Source: a virus. From it: 64,000 nt of DNA. Location: positions 40,568-104,567 of the IMG/VR virus record IMGVR_UViG_3300045988_091188; one strand, 5' to 3'. Shown here piece after piece: positions 9,624-19,331 of the stretch. The position numbers and the translations under genes were made by a program. The notes beneath the pieces are model-generated. The model searched no databases, was not told the DNA's origin, and saw only the letters and a program-made list of their open reading frames with translations. The first letter of the stretch is position 1, and every line of letters begins with the position of its first letter.

Positions 9624-10088
9624 ATGAAAAAGATGCTCTGCTTTGATATGGATGGAACAATCGCTGACCTGTACGGCGTGGATGATTGGTTAAAAGATTT
9701 AATGAATGAAAATCCCTATCCATATACAGTCGCCAAACCTCTTTGCGATATAGAAGAATTGAATACCGTTCTTAATAAACTCATTGAGCAGGGCTGGGAA
9801 ATTCGGGTTATCAGTTGGCTTGCAAAAGACAGTTCTAACTCATATAAAACTGCTGTTCGTGACGCAAAGCGCACTTGGCTTGCAAAATACAACTTCCCCG
9901 CACATAAAGTCCACCTTGTGGAATATGGCACAACAAAAGCAAATTGTGTGCGGAAACACTTTGAGCCGGGAATTAGCAATTTCATTTTGATTGATGATAA
10001 TAAAAGTGTGCGGGATGGCTGGCATTTAGGGGAAACAATCGAGCCACATGAAGATTTACCTACGGCCTTATGGCGACTGGTAGAGTAA
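9624..10088 (+). CDS. HAD-superfamily phosphatase (5'(3')-deoxyribonucleotidase-like)
   Basis: Motif I FDMDGTIADL (DxDGT) near the N-terminus; later ILIDDN; 154 aa. Confidence 0.6.
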   Translation: MKKMLCFDMDGTIADLYGVDDWLKDLMNENPYPYTVAKPLCDIEELNTVLNKLIEQGWEIRVISWLAKDSSNSYKTAVRDAKRTWLAKYNFPAHKVHLVEYGTTKANCVRKHFEPGISNFILIDDNKSVRDGWHLGETIEPHEDLPTALWRLVE

Positions 10089-10128
10089 TCCACCAGTCAA
10101 TCTTAAAATAAGAAAGGAAGTTTTGTAA

Positions 10129-10317
10129 ATGAAGATTAGAAAGGTTAATAGGCTTATCCTCAGCGAGGAAGAGCGACAAGTATTGAAAAATGCGTCCATT
10201 CTCATTGGTCAAATTGATCAGGTTATGGCCGACAATGAAATTGATGACGATATTTCGCTTGAAGATTTAAGCTATTGGCTTGACGAGATTATCAATAAAG
10301 AATATCTTGGATATTAA
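10129..10317 (+). CDS. hypothetical protein (62 aa)
   Basis: SD AAGAAAGGAAG, ATG 10129. Confidence 0.5.
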   Translation: MKIRKVNRLILSEEERQVLKNASILIGQIDQVMADNEIDDDISLEDLSYWLDEIINKEYLGY

Positions 10318-10344
10318 GAGGGCTTCGGCCCTCTTATTTTTACT

Positions 10345-10480
10345 CTTTAATATCGTTTGGGCGGCTCGCTGGCGCACGCGGCGAGCCGAGTTTTTGTTTT
10401 TGTCGATGTTGCACAATTTTGGCTTGCAAATTTTGTGCAATTTGCCATCTTGTAATTATCCCGAAAGTATGGTATTATAT
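10345..10480 (+). promoter_or_regulatory. early regulatory cassette (GC hairpin, TTGCACAA-N16-TTGTGCAA, promoter)
   Basis: gggcggctcgctggcgcacgcggcgagccgag hairpin; ttgcacaattttggcttgcaaattttgtgcaa; tcttgt-17-tattat. Confidence 0.5.
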
Positions 10481-10643
10481 ATTTGTCAAGAGGGGAAGGC
10501 CAAGAAATCAAGAGGTCGCGAACTCTTAGAAAGTAAAGGAAGTAAATTTATATTGTGTCGTAAGTCGAGTGAACGCCGTTAGAATAGGCCGTTCTAATGC
10601 CCAGTAGCTTGCAGTAAATCGCAATAAAAATTTCCTTTTCCTC

Positions 10644-10672
10644 TTGACATCAAGCATGATATGTGCTATAAT
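10644..10672 (+). promoter_or_regulatory. consensus sigma70 promoter TTGACA-17-TATAAT
   Basis: ttgaca 10644-10649, tgctataat 10664-10672. Confidence 0.6.
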
Positions 10673-10704
10673 AAACTCAACAAGAGGAAAGGAAGTCAAA
10701 GATT

Positions 10705-11496
10705 ATGATTGATAAGCGTAGACACTATGTTTTGGTGGTTGATACTGAAACTGCTAACACACTGACTGAAACTGACGAAAACGGCAAAGCCCGCATGGAT
10801 ATGAGTTGCGTTCTTGTCTATGATTGCGGATGGGCGGTAGTGGATACCAAGGGCAATATTTATGAAACTGCCAGTTTTGTAAATAGGGACATTTTCAACG
10901 ATGAGCGGGATCTCATGCGGACTGCTTATTATAATTGGAAAATTCCCCGCTATATTGAGGAACTGCGGGCCGGCACTCGTAAAATGGCTACCACTTATGA
11001 AATCCGCCAAGTTATGCTCAATACCATTGAGCGATACGGCATTAAGGAAGTTGCGGCTTATAATGCCAGATTTGACGATAATGCCTTGAGAGTTACACAG
11101 CGTTATGTGACCTACTCCAAGTGGCGTTATTGGTTCCCGTTTGACAGCGTGGAGATTTGGGATATTATGAAGATGACACAGGATGTTATCTGCAATATGC
11201 CCACTTATAAGAAATTCTGTCAGGAAAACGGATATGTCCAGGCTAATGGTGTCCCCCGCAAGACTGCGGAAATCGTGTGGCGGTTTATCTCTGGCAATAC
11301 CGATTTTGAAGAAAGTCATACGGGGCTTGAGGATGTTCTGATTGAGGCGGAAATCATGTGGTATTGTATGCGTCAGCATAAGCCCATGAGAAAGGCCCTG
11401 TATGAGAATAAAAGAGAGTTTCCGCCTATGACAGATTTTCAGCGTCAACTTTCCGCAAGTTTGAAAAATAATCCGACAATTCGGGTAGGGGCTTAA
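10705..11496 (+). CDS. DEDDh-family 3'-5' exonuclease (DnaQ/RNase T-like)
   Basis: Exo I LVVDTETA, Exo II YNARFD, Exo III HTGLEDVLIEAEI with the His. Confidence 0.7.
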   Translation: MIDKRRHYVLVVDTETANTLTETDENGKARMDMSCVLVYDCGWAVVDTKGNIYETASFVNRDIFNDERDLMRTAYYNWKIPRYIEELRAGTRKMATTYEIRQVMLNTIERYGIKEVAAYNARFDDNALRVTQRYVTYSKWRYWFPFDSVEIWDIMKMTQDVICNMPTYKKFCQENGYVQANGVPRKTAEIVWRFISGNTDFEESHTGLEDVLIEAEIMWYCMRQHKPMRKALYENKREFPPMTDFQRQLSASLKNNPTIRVGA

Positions 11497-11523
11497 AGCC
11501 CCGCCCGATAGAAAGGAAAAGAA

Positions 11524-11709
11524 ATGTTTTCAAGACAGTTTACCACTAACCATCTTGACCCCGATTATGTCTATGAGGTTATTCACCTTATGCAGCGGCT
11601 GGGATGGTTTGTTGATGGGCCGACAGAAACCGGACTTTTGACTGTAAATATCCTTCTGGATGATATGCCGCTTTGGGATATGGTTTATAGTTATATGATT
11701 GATATTTAA
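11524..11709 (+). CDS. hypothetical protein (61 aa)
   Basis: SD GAAAGGAAAAG, ATG 11524; followed by a gagggctttacagccctc terminator. Confidence 0.45.
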   Translation: MFSRQFTTNHLDPDYVYEVIHLMQRLGWFVDGPTETGLLTVNILLDDMPLWDMVYSYMIDI

Positions 11710-11744
11710 GAGGGCTTTACAGCCCTCTTATTTTTTTTTATATC

Positions 11745-11930
11745 TAAAAGGTCGACGGCCCGCGGATGGCTGACGCGGGCCGAATTTTTCAATGGTAATG
11801 TTGCACAAAAATTTCGTCCCGTTTTTGTGCAGAATTTTGCACAAAAACTCTCTCCCAAAATTCCGATTTTTTGTGCAATTTGACGCTTGCAATCTGCTTT
11901 TGCTTGTGGTAAAATACATTCAGAAAGTGA
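11745..11930 (+). promoter_or_regulatory. early regulatory cassette with two TTGCACAA/TTGTGCA(A/G) inverted-repeat pairs and a TTGCAA-17-TAAAAT promoter
   Basis: gcccgcggatggctgacgcgggc hairpin; ttgcacaaaaatttcgtcccgtttttgtgcag and ttgcacaaaaactc...ttttttgtgcaa. Confidence 0.5.
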
Positions 11931-11986
11931 GAGAGACGAACGGCAGACAGCGACAGCGAATTTCTCAAAAATCTTTCAAGAATCTC

Positions 11987-12187
11987 TTGACAAGCCTTTG
12001 AAGATGTGCTATAATAAGTACAGAAAACAAGGCAATGCACCTTGAAAATTAAATAAAAAGGGCTTGACAAACTTTCCAAAGTGTGTTACACTATAAGGGA
12101 GGTTGAGAGGGCAAACAAGTAAAGAGCAAAAGTTCTTGAAAAAAGTTTGAAAAACCTCTTGACAAGTACCAAATAGTGTGGTACAAT
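11987..12187 (+). promoter_or_regulatory. three tandem near-consensus sigma70 promoters (11987-12015, 12064-12092, 12159-12187) upstream of the 12227 gene
   Basis: Each is CTTGACAA-17-TATAAT/TACACT/TACAAT with a TGn extended -10 and an A-rich upstream tract. Confidence 0.6.
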
Positions 12188-12226
12188 ATAATCAAAGGAC
12201 AAGGACAGTCCTAAAAACCAGAAAGG

Positions 12227-12637
12227 ATGTATATTATGGACGAGAAGAAAATCCGCATTACCAAGGCCCAGCGTTTTGAGGACATTAAGGCCCTCTTGAC
12301 TGACGGCGAGGTAAAGTATGGCACTACCATCGAGGTGGCCATTACTGTCATTGACCATGAGCTGGAGCTTCTGCGTAAGAAGAATAGCTCCAGCGGTGAC
12401 AAGAAGCTGACTCCCACCCAGCAGGAGAACGAAAACTTTAAGGAGCAGATTATGGAGTATCTGGCTGGTCTGGACGCCGATACCGATGGCGTGACCTGCA
12501 CGGAAATTTTTAAGGCTATTCCTGATCTGACGGCCTATTCTAACCAGAAGGTTGCCGCTCTTGTGCGGCAGTTGAAACTCGATGGTCGAGTAGTCTGCAC
12601 GGAGAAGAAGGGCAAGTCCCTCTTTAAGATGGCGTAA
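12227..12637 (+). CDS. hypothetical protein (136 aa) downstream of the triple promoter
   Basis: SD AAAGGA; ATG 12227 or 12236; followed by a gggcgggg...ccccgccc terminator. Confidence 0.55.
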   Translation: MYIMDEKKIRITKAQRFEDIKALLTDGEVKYGTTIEVAITVIDHELELLRKKNSSSGDKKLTPTQQENENFKEQIMEYLAGLDADTDGVTCTEIFKAIPDLTAYSNQKVAALVRQLKLDGRVVCTEKKGKSLFKMA

Positions 12638-12775
12638 CCCCGTATAGGGCGGGGTGAAAATCCCCGCCCTAACTTATAATATGGGGGTGATATTATATCC
12701 AGTCGCATTAGTGACGCTGAACGGATTGCAAGGTATAAAGCCCTGCAATTAACGCCGGAAGAGGAGGCAGATTTA

Positions 12776-13093
12776 TTGGCCTATGATAAGGCGGTAGAGG
12801 CTGATAAAAAGACTGAATACGATTTACCGCCAGAAAAGGCGAAAATCGCTCAAAAGTTTGCCCATGCTGGAACGCGCAAACAGCCAACCGCATATAAGTT
12901 CACTACACGGCAACGCAAGCCAAACGCCACGAAAGGCGGTATAATTGCGGAATTGGCAGAGTTTTTGGAAAAAAACAGTCAATTCTCTATCGCTGACTTG
13001 TCTATTACTAACAAGGAAAGACAGATTGCGTTTTCTATTGGTGGGGATAGTTTCGAGTTGACGCTTGTGCAAAAGCGTAAGCCGAAGAAATAA
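12776..13093 (+). CDS. hypothetical basic protein (105 aa)
   Basis: GGAGG 8 nt upstream of TTG 12776; C-terminal KRKPKK. Confidence 0.4.
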   Translation: MAYDKAVEADKKTEYDLPPEKAKIAQKFAHAGTRKQPTAYKFTTRQRKPNATKGGIIAELAEFLEKNSQFSIADLSITNKERQIAFSIGGDSFELTLVQKRKPKK

Positions 13094-13149
13094 CGGGGTA
13101 GGGTCGGCCTACCCCGGCCCTACCAGAAAAGAGGCAAGTTATAGTTAGT

Positions 13150-13500
13150 TTGCAGACAAGGGGAAAAGAGTTCCTATATGTCGGACATTATATCGACAAA
13201 AAGGGGCGCTATATTCTCAAGATTGGTACGACAAATGACCTTGAACGCAGAGCCGCAGAGCATACGAGAAATTATAAGCGGGCGCCAGATTACACCATGC
13301 CGGAAGATGGTTCCTTTATCTATGATTGGCATATCAAACTTTCCAAGTATAATACCCTACGATACGAGGATGTAAACCGGACTTTGTGGCAGAATATGGG
13401 AATTGGTCGTTTTATCAGAAATGACCGTTTCTTGTGCGACACTCCCCCGGCCATGGTTACGGTGGTTATTCGCAAGGCATATCCAATAATTCTCAACTAA
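13150..13500 (+). CDS. GIY-YIG nuclease-domain protein
   Basis: LYVGHYIDKKGRYILKIGTTNDLERRAAEH has the GIY...YIG...R...E layout. Confidence 0.5.
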   Translation: MQTRGKEFLYVGHYIDKKGRYILKIGTTNDLERRAAEHTRNYKRAPDYTMPEDGSFIYDWHIKLSKYNTLRYEDVNRTLWQNMGIGRFIRNDRFLCDTPPAMVTVVIRKAYPIILN

Positions 13501-13539
13501 AGAAAAATCTCCCCTTATGGGGAGATTTTTTTTATGCAA

Positions 13540-13665
13540 AATTTTGGGCGGACCGCTTGCGTGCGCCGCGGTCCGAATTTTTCTTCTATTGTCATTTTCA
13601 ACAATTTTGAATTGAAAATTTGTGCAACTTGACAGCTTGACTTTCTCCCGAAAATGTGGTATCAT
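13540..13665 (+). promoter_or_regulatory. early regulatory cassette (GC hairpin, TTCAACAA...TTGTGCAA inverted repeat, TTGACT-17-TATCAT)
   Basis: gggcggaccgcttgcgtgcgccgcggtccg hairpin; ttttcaacaattttgaattgaaaatttgtgcaa; ttgactttctcccgaaaatgtggtatcat. Confidence 0.5.
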
Positions 13666-13691
13666 TTAACCATGGAAGGGAGGTAAAAGAA

Positions 13692-13832
13692 ATGATGAAT
13701 AAACTTAAAAACTCTATCATTCGTTTCTTAATTAAAAGAACTTGCCTTGATATTTCCACTATTTATTCGGTATTAGGACAAAGTACAGAAAAAGAAATGA
13801 AATTTTATATTGAAGATTATTACAGGAGATAA
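13692..13832 (+). CDS. small hypothetical protein (46 aa)
   Basis: Strong SD GGAAGGGAGG then ATG 13692. Confidence 0.4.
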   Translation: MMNKLKNSIIRFLIKRTCLDISTIYSVLGQSTEKEMKFYIEDYYRR

Positions 13833-13837
13833 AAGAA

Positions 13838-14290
13838 ATGGAAAGCTTAAAACAATTTCGTGTTAATTTTCAAGTTACATTTTGGTGTGAAGGTCGCAAG
13901 GGTATCTTCTCTAAGAAGCCTTATAAATTTACGGTATCATTTCGTGATGATATTATGCTTTCTACCTTTTTAATCAATGCTCGAACCGAAAAAGAAGCGG
14001 TTAAAACTGGAAAAAACTATGTTGAAAATATAGTTCAATGTTGGGTTGAACAGTCAGAAGAAAATCAAGCCACCGGCGAATATATGATTTTAACTGGAAA
14101 TATGGCTGATACAAAAAGATTTGAGTGGTCGCCTAAAATCTACGCCATTACTGGGTATGAAATTAAATTTATTTCCTGCGAAATGGTTTGCGACTGGGCA
14201 AAAGAAAGGGTTGAGAGAGCGGCAAGAGAACTGACTATGGAGCAATTTAAGCAAGTTTTTAGTGAAATTCCGGCTGAGATTTTTCATTAA
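13838..14290 (+). CDS. hypothetical protein (150 aa)
   Basis: SD CAGGAG, ATG 13838. Confidence 0.55.
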   Translation: MESLKQFRVNFQVTFWCEGRKGIFSKKPYKFTVSFRDDIMLSTFLINARTEKEAVKTGKNYVENIVQCWVEQSEENQATGEYMILTGNMADTKRFEWSPKIYAITGYEIKFISCEMVCDWAKERVERAARELTMEQFKQVFSEIPAEIFH

Positions 14291-14307
14291 AGAAAGGAGA
14301 TTTTTAG

Positions 14308-14559
14308 ATGGTTGATATTGATTTCAACAAACTGAATGATGAGGAGTTGCAATGGTTGAGTGCTACCGCCTATAAAGAAGTGGCACTTAGAAAACAAAAA
14401 GCGCAAGAGAAAGATTGGAATAGTCTAATCGAAAAGATAGACGAGTATTGTAAAAAGTATGGAGAAATAACTATCGTTGGATATGGAGATGAATTTGTTT
14501 TTGAATCTCCGATACGGTGTAACTGTATAGGAGAAATCAATTTAGAAAACGAGGATTAA
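14308..14559 (+). CDS. hypothetical protein (83 aa)
   Basis: SD AAGGAG, ATG 14308; terminator agagaggctttggcctctct follows. Confidence 0.5.
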   Translation: MVDIDFNKLNDEELQWLSATAYKEVALRKQKAQEKDWNSLIEKIDEYCKKYGEITIVGYGDEFVFESPIRCNCIGEINLENED

Positions 14560-14589
14560 GAAAAGAGAGGCTTTGGCCTCTCTTTTTAT

Positions 14590-15360
14590 TTTATATTTCC
14601 TAAACTCGACGGGCCGGTCGCGGGCGACTCGGCCCGAGTTTCCCCGATCGGACCATAGCGCAAAATTTTCATAGCAACTTGGCCATAACGCAACTTCATA
14701 GCGATTTTCCCGAAATTCATAACGCCCTCTTTCAAACACCGATCGGCCCTACTTTACTTCTTCCTTTATCTAGTTCCGATCGGTCCCGCAATATTGGCTC
14801 TCTCGTCCAATTTTTTATAATAAAAATCTTAAAATTGTCAAGTATTCACAGTACCAAAACTTTCTAAAATACAACTAGCAATAGCAAAGATATAGCTATG
14901 AAAAACAAATACGACCAGAGATTTCTTTCGCGGAGCCGATCGGTTTAACACGATTTTATGATAAAAATAGCTTAAAAATAGAGATTTTAGCTAGATAAAC
15001 CGATCGGCCCGCAATCTTTTACCTTTTGTTATCGCAAAATATAACAAAAAACCTCTAAAATCTTGCAAAAATGCGCGTTTTTCTAACAAATTTACTTAAA
15101 AATAAGTAAAAAATGCCTCGTTTTTCTCAAAATTTCTTGATATTCACAGAATTAAAACCATTAAAGATACAGCAAACAATAGCAAAGATGTTGCTAACTA
15201 TTTGAAAAGGAAAAATCTTTTCCGCGGGATTCCATTAAAGCGATCTTTTTATCTAGACCCGATCGGTTCGACAATATATAAAAAATATAATATAATATAT
15301 ACATAAGATAAAGAAAAGGAGGATTTTAGTTTAAGAAGCATCATAACGCTTTTTCTAACT
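14590..15360. repeat. non-coding region with 6 copies of the palindromic octamer CCGATCGG plus AT-rich repeats (AATAGCAAAGAT x2): candidate replication origin / iteron cluster
   Basis: CCGATCGG at about 14645, 14739, 14771, 14936, 14999 and 15259, and a 7th at 15948. Each contains a GATC core. No credible ORF across about 770 nt. Confidence 0.5.
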
Positions 15361-15373
15361 AAAAGAACTTATT

Positions 15374-15829
15374 ATGAATAGTTATGAGATTATGATTCGT
15401 GATGCAATGCAGAATGGTTCTACTCAGGAGGAGATTGCAAAGGCATTTACTGATGCTATGAATAGAATCTCCGAGGCTAACGCCGCAGACCGCGAGCGAG
15501 ATAATCTTCTGGATGAGATTGAGTCTACTTTCTATGGCAATGTTGATGACTTGTCTCTCACTGAGGATGACGTTGGTCGTGCGGCTGCGCTGGTTTATAG
15601 CAAGAGCAATCCTAAGTGGACAGCAAATGATATTAAGCAGTTTATGCAGGCTATGACTGTAACTGCTAAGACTTCCGCTCGAGTAGTCAATGCAAAGAGT
15701 CTTGATGAAGTAATTGACATTGCTGTTGACTCTATTTCTGATGCTCTCGCAAAGAGTGTGCCTCAGGTTAAGGGTAATACTAAGTCTGATGAAGATAGTA
15801 TTATGGAGTTTTTGAAGCATTTAAAGTAA
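15374..15829 (+). CDS. hypothetical acidic protein (151 aa)
   Basis: ORF track; terminator aaaggagagaagtattgtagcttctctccttttt follows. Confidence 0.55.
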   Translation: MNSYEIMIRDAMQNGSTQEEIAKAFTDAMNRISEANAADRERDNLLDEIESTFYGNVDDLSLTEDDVGRAAALVYSKSNPKWTANDIKQFMQAMTVTAKTSARVVNAKSLDEVIDIAVDSISDALAKSVPQVKGNTKSDEDSIMEFLKHLK

Positions 15830-16009
15830 CAAGAGGAAAAAGATTAAAGGAGAGAAGTATTGTAGCTTCTCTCCTTTTTATATATATTATAATCGCGGAA
15901 GGCTAGGTTTACGATCGTTGTGACGAGTGTTGTGATGGTTCGTACCTAGACCCGATCGGCACCCAACTCCACCATTTTATAAACTCCTTTTAATTTCCTT
16001 TAATTTCTT

Positions 16010-16445
16010 TCAATCTTCATATAAAGATAATCTATATCTCTATCCAGTTCTATTTATCTCTCTTATCCTTCCAACCAAATCATATATCTCTCCATTTTTA
16101 TCTCGATTTTTCAATTCGATTTCTCTAAAACCTTCTTCTAACTTTTCAATTCGTTTTTCTAAATCGGTTATAGAGTCCTCTAAATCTTGAGTAAAAACAT
16201 CTATACTTATCCTATTATGATATTTATCTACTATAACTCTACTTCTTCCTTCTACCTTTAAATTCTCTTCCATCCATTCTTCTAACTTATCATCAAATTT
16301 ATTCTTTACAAAATATACCTTGCCTTCTTCTTCATCATCATCTTTAAAGTAAACTAATACTGGTTCATACTAATTTAATCCATTTTTCACGAATTGATAA
16401 TTTTCTACCTTAATTGGTTTAAATACTTCCATATTTTTATCCTCC
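16010..16445 (-). CDS. hypothetical coiled-coil protein with 2 in-frame TAG codons
   Basis: Minus strand; GGAGG 8 nt upstream of ATG at 16445..16443; MEVFKPIKVENYQFVKNGLN(TAG)YEPV...REINRTG(TAG)RYRLSLYED then TGA at 16012..16010. Confidence 0.45.
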
Positions 16446-16462
16446 ATTATAATTGCGGGCAC

Positions 16463-16510
16463 ATGGGACTTCGATATTCTGAGAGCGGAGCTCGAAGAAA
16501 TATCGAAGTC
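16463..16510. repeat. perfect 13-bp inverted repeat (gggacttcgatat / atatcgaagtccc) flanking 22 nt; bidirectional terminator or protein-binding site
   Basis: Seen directly in sequence between two minus-strand genes. Confidence 0.5.
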
Positions 16511-16603
16511 CCTTAGATAAATTATTTAGTATATTATTTAGATATAATATGATTTTTTACCTCTCGTAAATAGATAAAATTACCCTTTCGTAGATAGATA
16601 AAA

Positions 16604-17242
16604 TTACCCATTCAGCTCAATAGTCAAATTAAACTAGATTAATCTCATACGAGGAACGGGTTTACCATTACTCTAATCATAATAATTTTCATACTCAATA
16701 AGACCAAGCTTTGACAAACACAGTAGCGCATTTGTCACAATCTAAGAATTTCTTGAACTTCCTTCTGTTTTTAATCCTATATGTTCACCGATCTCCTTAA
16801 GAGTAAAACTATATTTTTCATCCGTGCCTAAAGATTCTTTATATTTCCATCTTTGCCCTAAATATGTGTAAACCTTGATTACCTATTCCTTCAAAGTATC
16901 ATTTATAAATCTCAAAGTCTACAATGGAATCATAAAAAAAATATCTTCTTTCATAGGAAGAATATACTACCTATTTTCTTCATCATCAATTATATAACCC
17001 TAAGCTATAAGATAATCTCTGTGCGCTCGATAAGTCTTTGGAGTTTTTATACCAAGTTTCTCACATAGACTATTCTACGAAGGAACATCATCTTTTGAAA
17101 CCACTGTCTATCCATTTTTATCTACATACGATAATTCCTAAAATAACGCATATAATTCTCCATCAATCTTTTTGTCATTTAAAAAAGTCTAGGTATCAAG
17201 AGTTACATTAGCAGGAAATCTTTTTGATATATTTCCTTTCAT
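16604..17242 (-). CDS. hypothetical protein (212 aa) with about 12 in-frame TAG codons
   Basis: Minus strand; SD AAGGAGGTG then ATG at 17242..17240 (MKGNISKRFPANVTLDT(TAG)TFLNDKK...); frame open only if TAG is sense; TAA at 16606..16604. Confidence 0.5.
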
Positions 17243-17549
17243 CTTCTATCACCTCCTTATATTATATAAAAAATAAAGGGTAAAAACAAATTAACTTTAC
17301 CCAATAACTAAATATTTTCTCAAAATCATGATATACTTCCTCTACGTACATATGAAATTTTACCTCAATTTTTTACCTCTTTTGGATATTCCGATCGTTT
17401 TTAAAATGCGGGATTGCCAATTTCTCTGCCTAAAAAATTCCCGCATCCGTGAGAAATTATGACGGTTCGTTATAATCCATAAGATTTACTTGCGTATCTT
17501 AATAAAATATGGTAATATATTTATATAAATAAGAAAAGAGGTTTTACTT

Positions 17550-18056
17550 ATGCCATTAGCTATTGGATTCTTTATATTACTCATGGTTACATCTCTTATA
17601 GTATTATATAAAGACTGTGACTCTTTTGCAGAATATCTATTCTCTACAATTCTCGGAGTTGTACTTTCAGCGTTTATCGCTTTCTTATTTGCGATTATAA
17701 TTTGTGGTATTGTTATTTTTATTGAACCTGCAACTTATTCTGCAAAAACCACTCAAACATATTCTATTACTGCTTTGAGTGATAATTTTAGTTCTTACGT
17801 AGGCTGTTATTATACAGAAGATGGGCTCTATTACTCATTCCTGTATCAAACAGATAAAGGTATAACCGCCAAATCTATTGAGGCAGATCAGTCCTATATT
17901 AAGAATACAGATGATGCCCCATACATAGAAGAAAACAAAATCCGTTTTAAAAACCCAGTTTTGAATTTCCTGCTTGGGCCCTGGTCTACCGAGTATACCA
18001 TCTATATTCCAGAAGATTCATTTATCCAAGAGAATTATGTAATCGACCTTGAGTAA
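17550..18056 (+). CDS. membrane protein (168 aa)
   Basis: Two hydrophobic segments near the N-terminus; ORF track. Confidence 0.55.
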   Translation: MPLAIGFFILLMVTSLIVLYKDCDSFAEYLFSTILGVVLSAFIAFLFAIIICGIVIFIEPATYSAKTTQTYSITALSDNFSSYVGCYYTEDGLYYSFLYQTDKGITAKSIEADQSYIKNTDDAPYIEENKIRFKNPVLNFLLGPWSTEYTIYIPEDSFIQENYVIDLE

Positions 18057-18145
18057 AATAAAGACGCTCTTAAAAGAGCGTCTTTATTTTTTTATAAAAT
18101 TATTATATAATATATATAGAAAGTTAAGGAAAGGAAGTAAAAGTT

Positions 18146-18580
18146 ATGAAGATTAGTGAACTGATTAAATCAGAAGGATATAAGAACTCCACTGTAAGAA
18201 TCTGCGAGTTCCTCGGCTTTTCTGATACAGACCAGCTCAAAAGAGCTAAATTCTTCGCTATTCAAGAAACTTATAGTCCTATTCCGGTTCTTGGGGTTAG
18301 TATTAATAATGGAGACCCAACTTGGCGGTTATGTGAAGTAGATAATAATGTAAGAGATCTCTATTCTGTTGATGAAGGATATAAAATTCGCCTTAAAATT
18401 TGCAATGAGTTCGGAGGTCGTACTTACTATCAAAGTGATTTTCTCTCCTTGCTAAAGAGTGGACACATTGTTTATTGTCCTAATGAAAATAAATATAAAA
18501 TTAAACACATTGTTTGCGCAGAAAAAATCAGCGATGGAGCAATCTTAATTCATGAATTTGATTCTGTAGAGGAGGTATAA
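18146..18580 (+). CDS. hypothetical protein (144 aa)
   Basis: Promoter-leader motif tatatagaaagttaaggaaaggaagt precedes the ATG. Confidence 0.55.
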   Translation: MKISELIKSEGYKNSTVRICEFLGFSDTDQLKRAKFFAIQETYSPIPVLGVSINNGDPTWRLCEVDNNVRDLYSVDEGYKIRLKICNEFGGRTYYQSDFLSLLKSGHIVYCPNENKYKIKHIVCAEKISDGAILIHEFDSVEEV

Positions 18581-18583
18581 AAT

Positions 18584-18775
18584 ATGGATATGTCATTTTT
18601 CGCATACACTGGCGCTTTTGAACTGGCTGCTCGAGAATTGGCTTCAAAGCCATGGACTATGAACGATCCATCTCAGCAAGCGCAAATCTGCGCAAAATAC
18701 GGTATCTTTTTTGATAACATAACAGATGATGAAATTGATATGCTTTCTCAAATGGTTGAAGAGTATTCTAATTAA
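18584..18775 (+). CDS. hypothetical protein (63 aa)
   Basis: ORF track, tightly packed. Confidence 0.45.
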   Translation: MDMSFFAYTGAFELAARELASKPWTMNDPSQQAQICAKYGIFFDNITDDEIDMLSQMVEEYSN

Positions 18776-18791
18776 AGAAAGGAAGAGAAAT

Positions 18792-19328
18792 ATGATTGGA
18801 AAGACTATTACTGTAAATGGAGTAAAGTGCCTTGTTCTTGACGAAATTGATGGTAACCCCTTCGTAATTGCACTTGAAGTAGGAATTGATTTTGTTTTTG
18901 GAAATTCTAATAACTATAAAGAGAGTACATTGCGGAAGGGCGCTGAGGCTTGGCTTAAGAAAACTGGCATCAAGGCTATTCCGCGCGATGTCGACCTGAC
19001 CGCAATGGATGGATATAAAGGATATGGTTCACTAAATACCGCTGTTGCACCCCTTACCTTCGATGAATATCGAAAGTATAATCATATCCTAACCCCTCAT
19101 ATCAAGGATTCGTTCTGGCTTGTTACTCCTTGGGGAAGCCCTGAAAAGGATAATTGGGCCTCGAACTACGTTTGCCGTGTCGGCACCGGTGGGTCTGCGT
19201 ACCACGGCTACTACAACTACAGCGGCGGGCTCGCGCCGGCTTTCATTCTTGATAAAAATGGGAAATCTCTTAGTGACTTTACTAACGAGGAGCTAATTGC
19301 TGAACTCAACAAGAGACTGAAGGTATAA
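18792..19328 (+). CDS. hypothetical protein (178 aa)
   Basis: SD AAAGGAAGAG then ATG 18792 (MIGKTITVNGVKC...). Confidence 0.55.
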   Translation: MIGKTITVNGVKCLVLDEIDGNPFVIALEVGIDFVFGNSNNYKESTLRKGAEAWLKKTGIKAIPRDVDLTAMDGYKGYGSLNTAVAPLTFDEYRKYNHILTPHIKDSFWLVTPWGSPEKDNWASNYVCRVGTGGSAYHGYYNYSGGLAPAFILDKNGKSLSDFTNEELIAELNKRLKV

Positions 19329-19331
19329 GAT

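Noticed and set aside
11728-12079. Minus-strand ORFs 11728..11919 and 11789..12079
   Set aside because: They lie entirely within the promoter/operator region containing three consensus promoters, with no RBS. Treated as non-coding.
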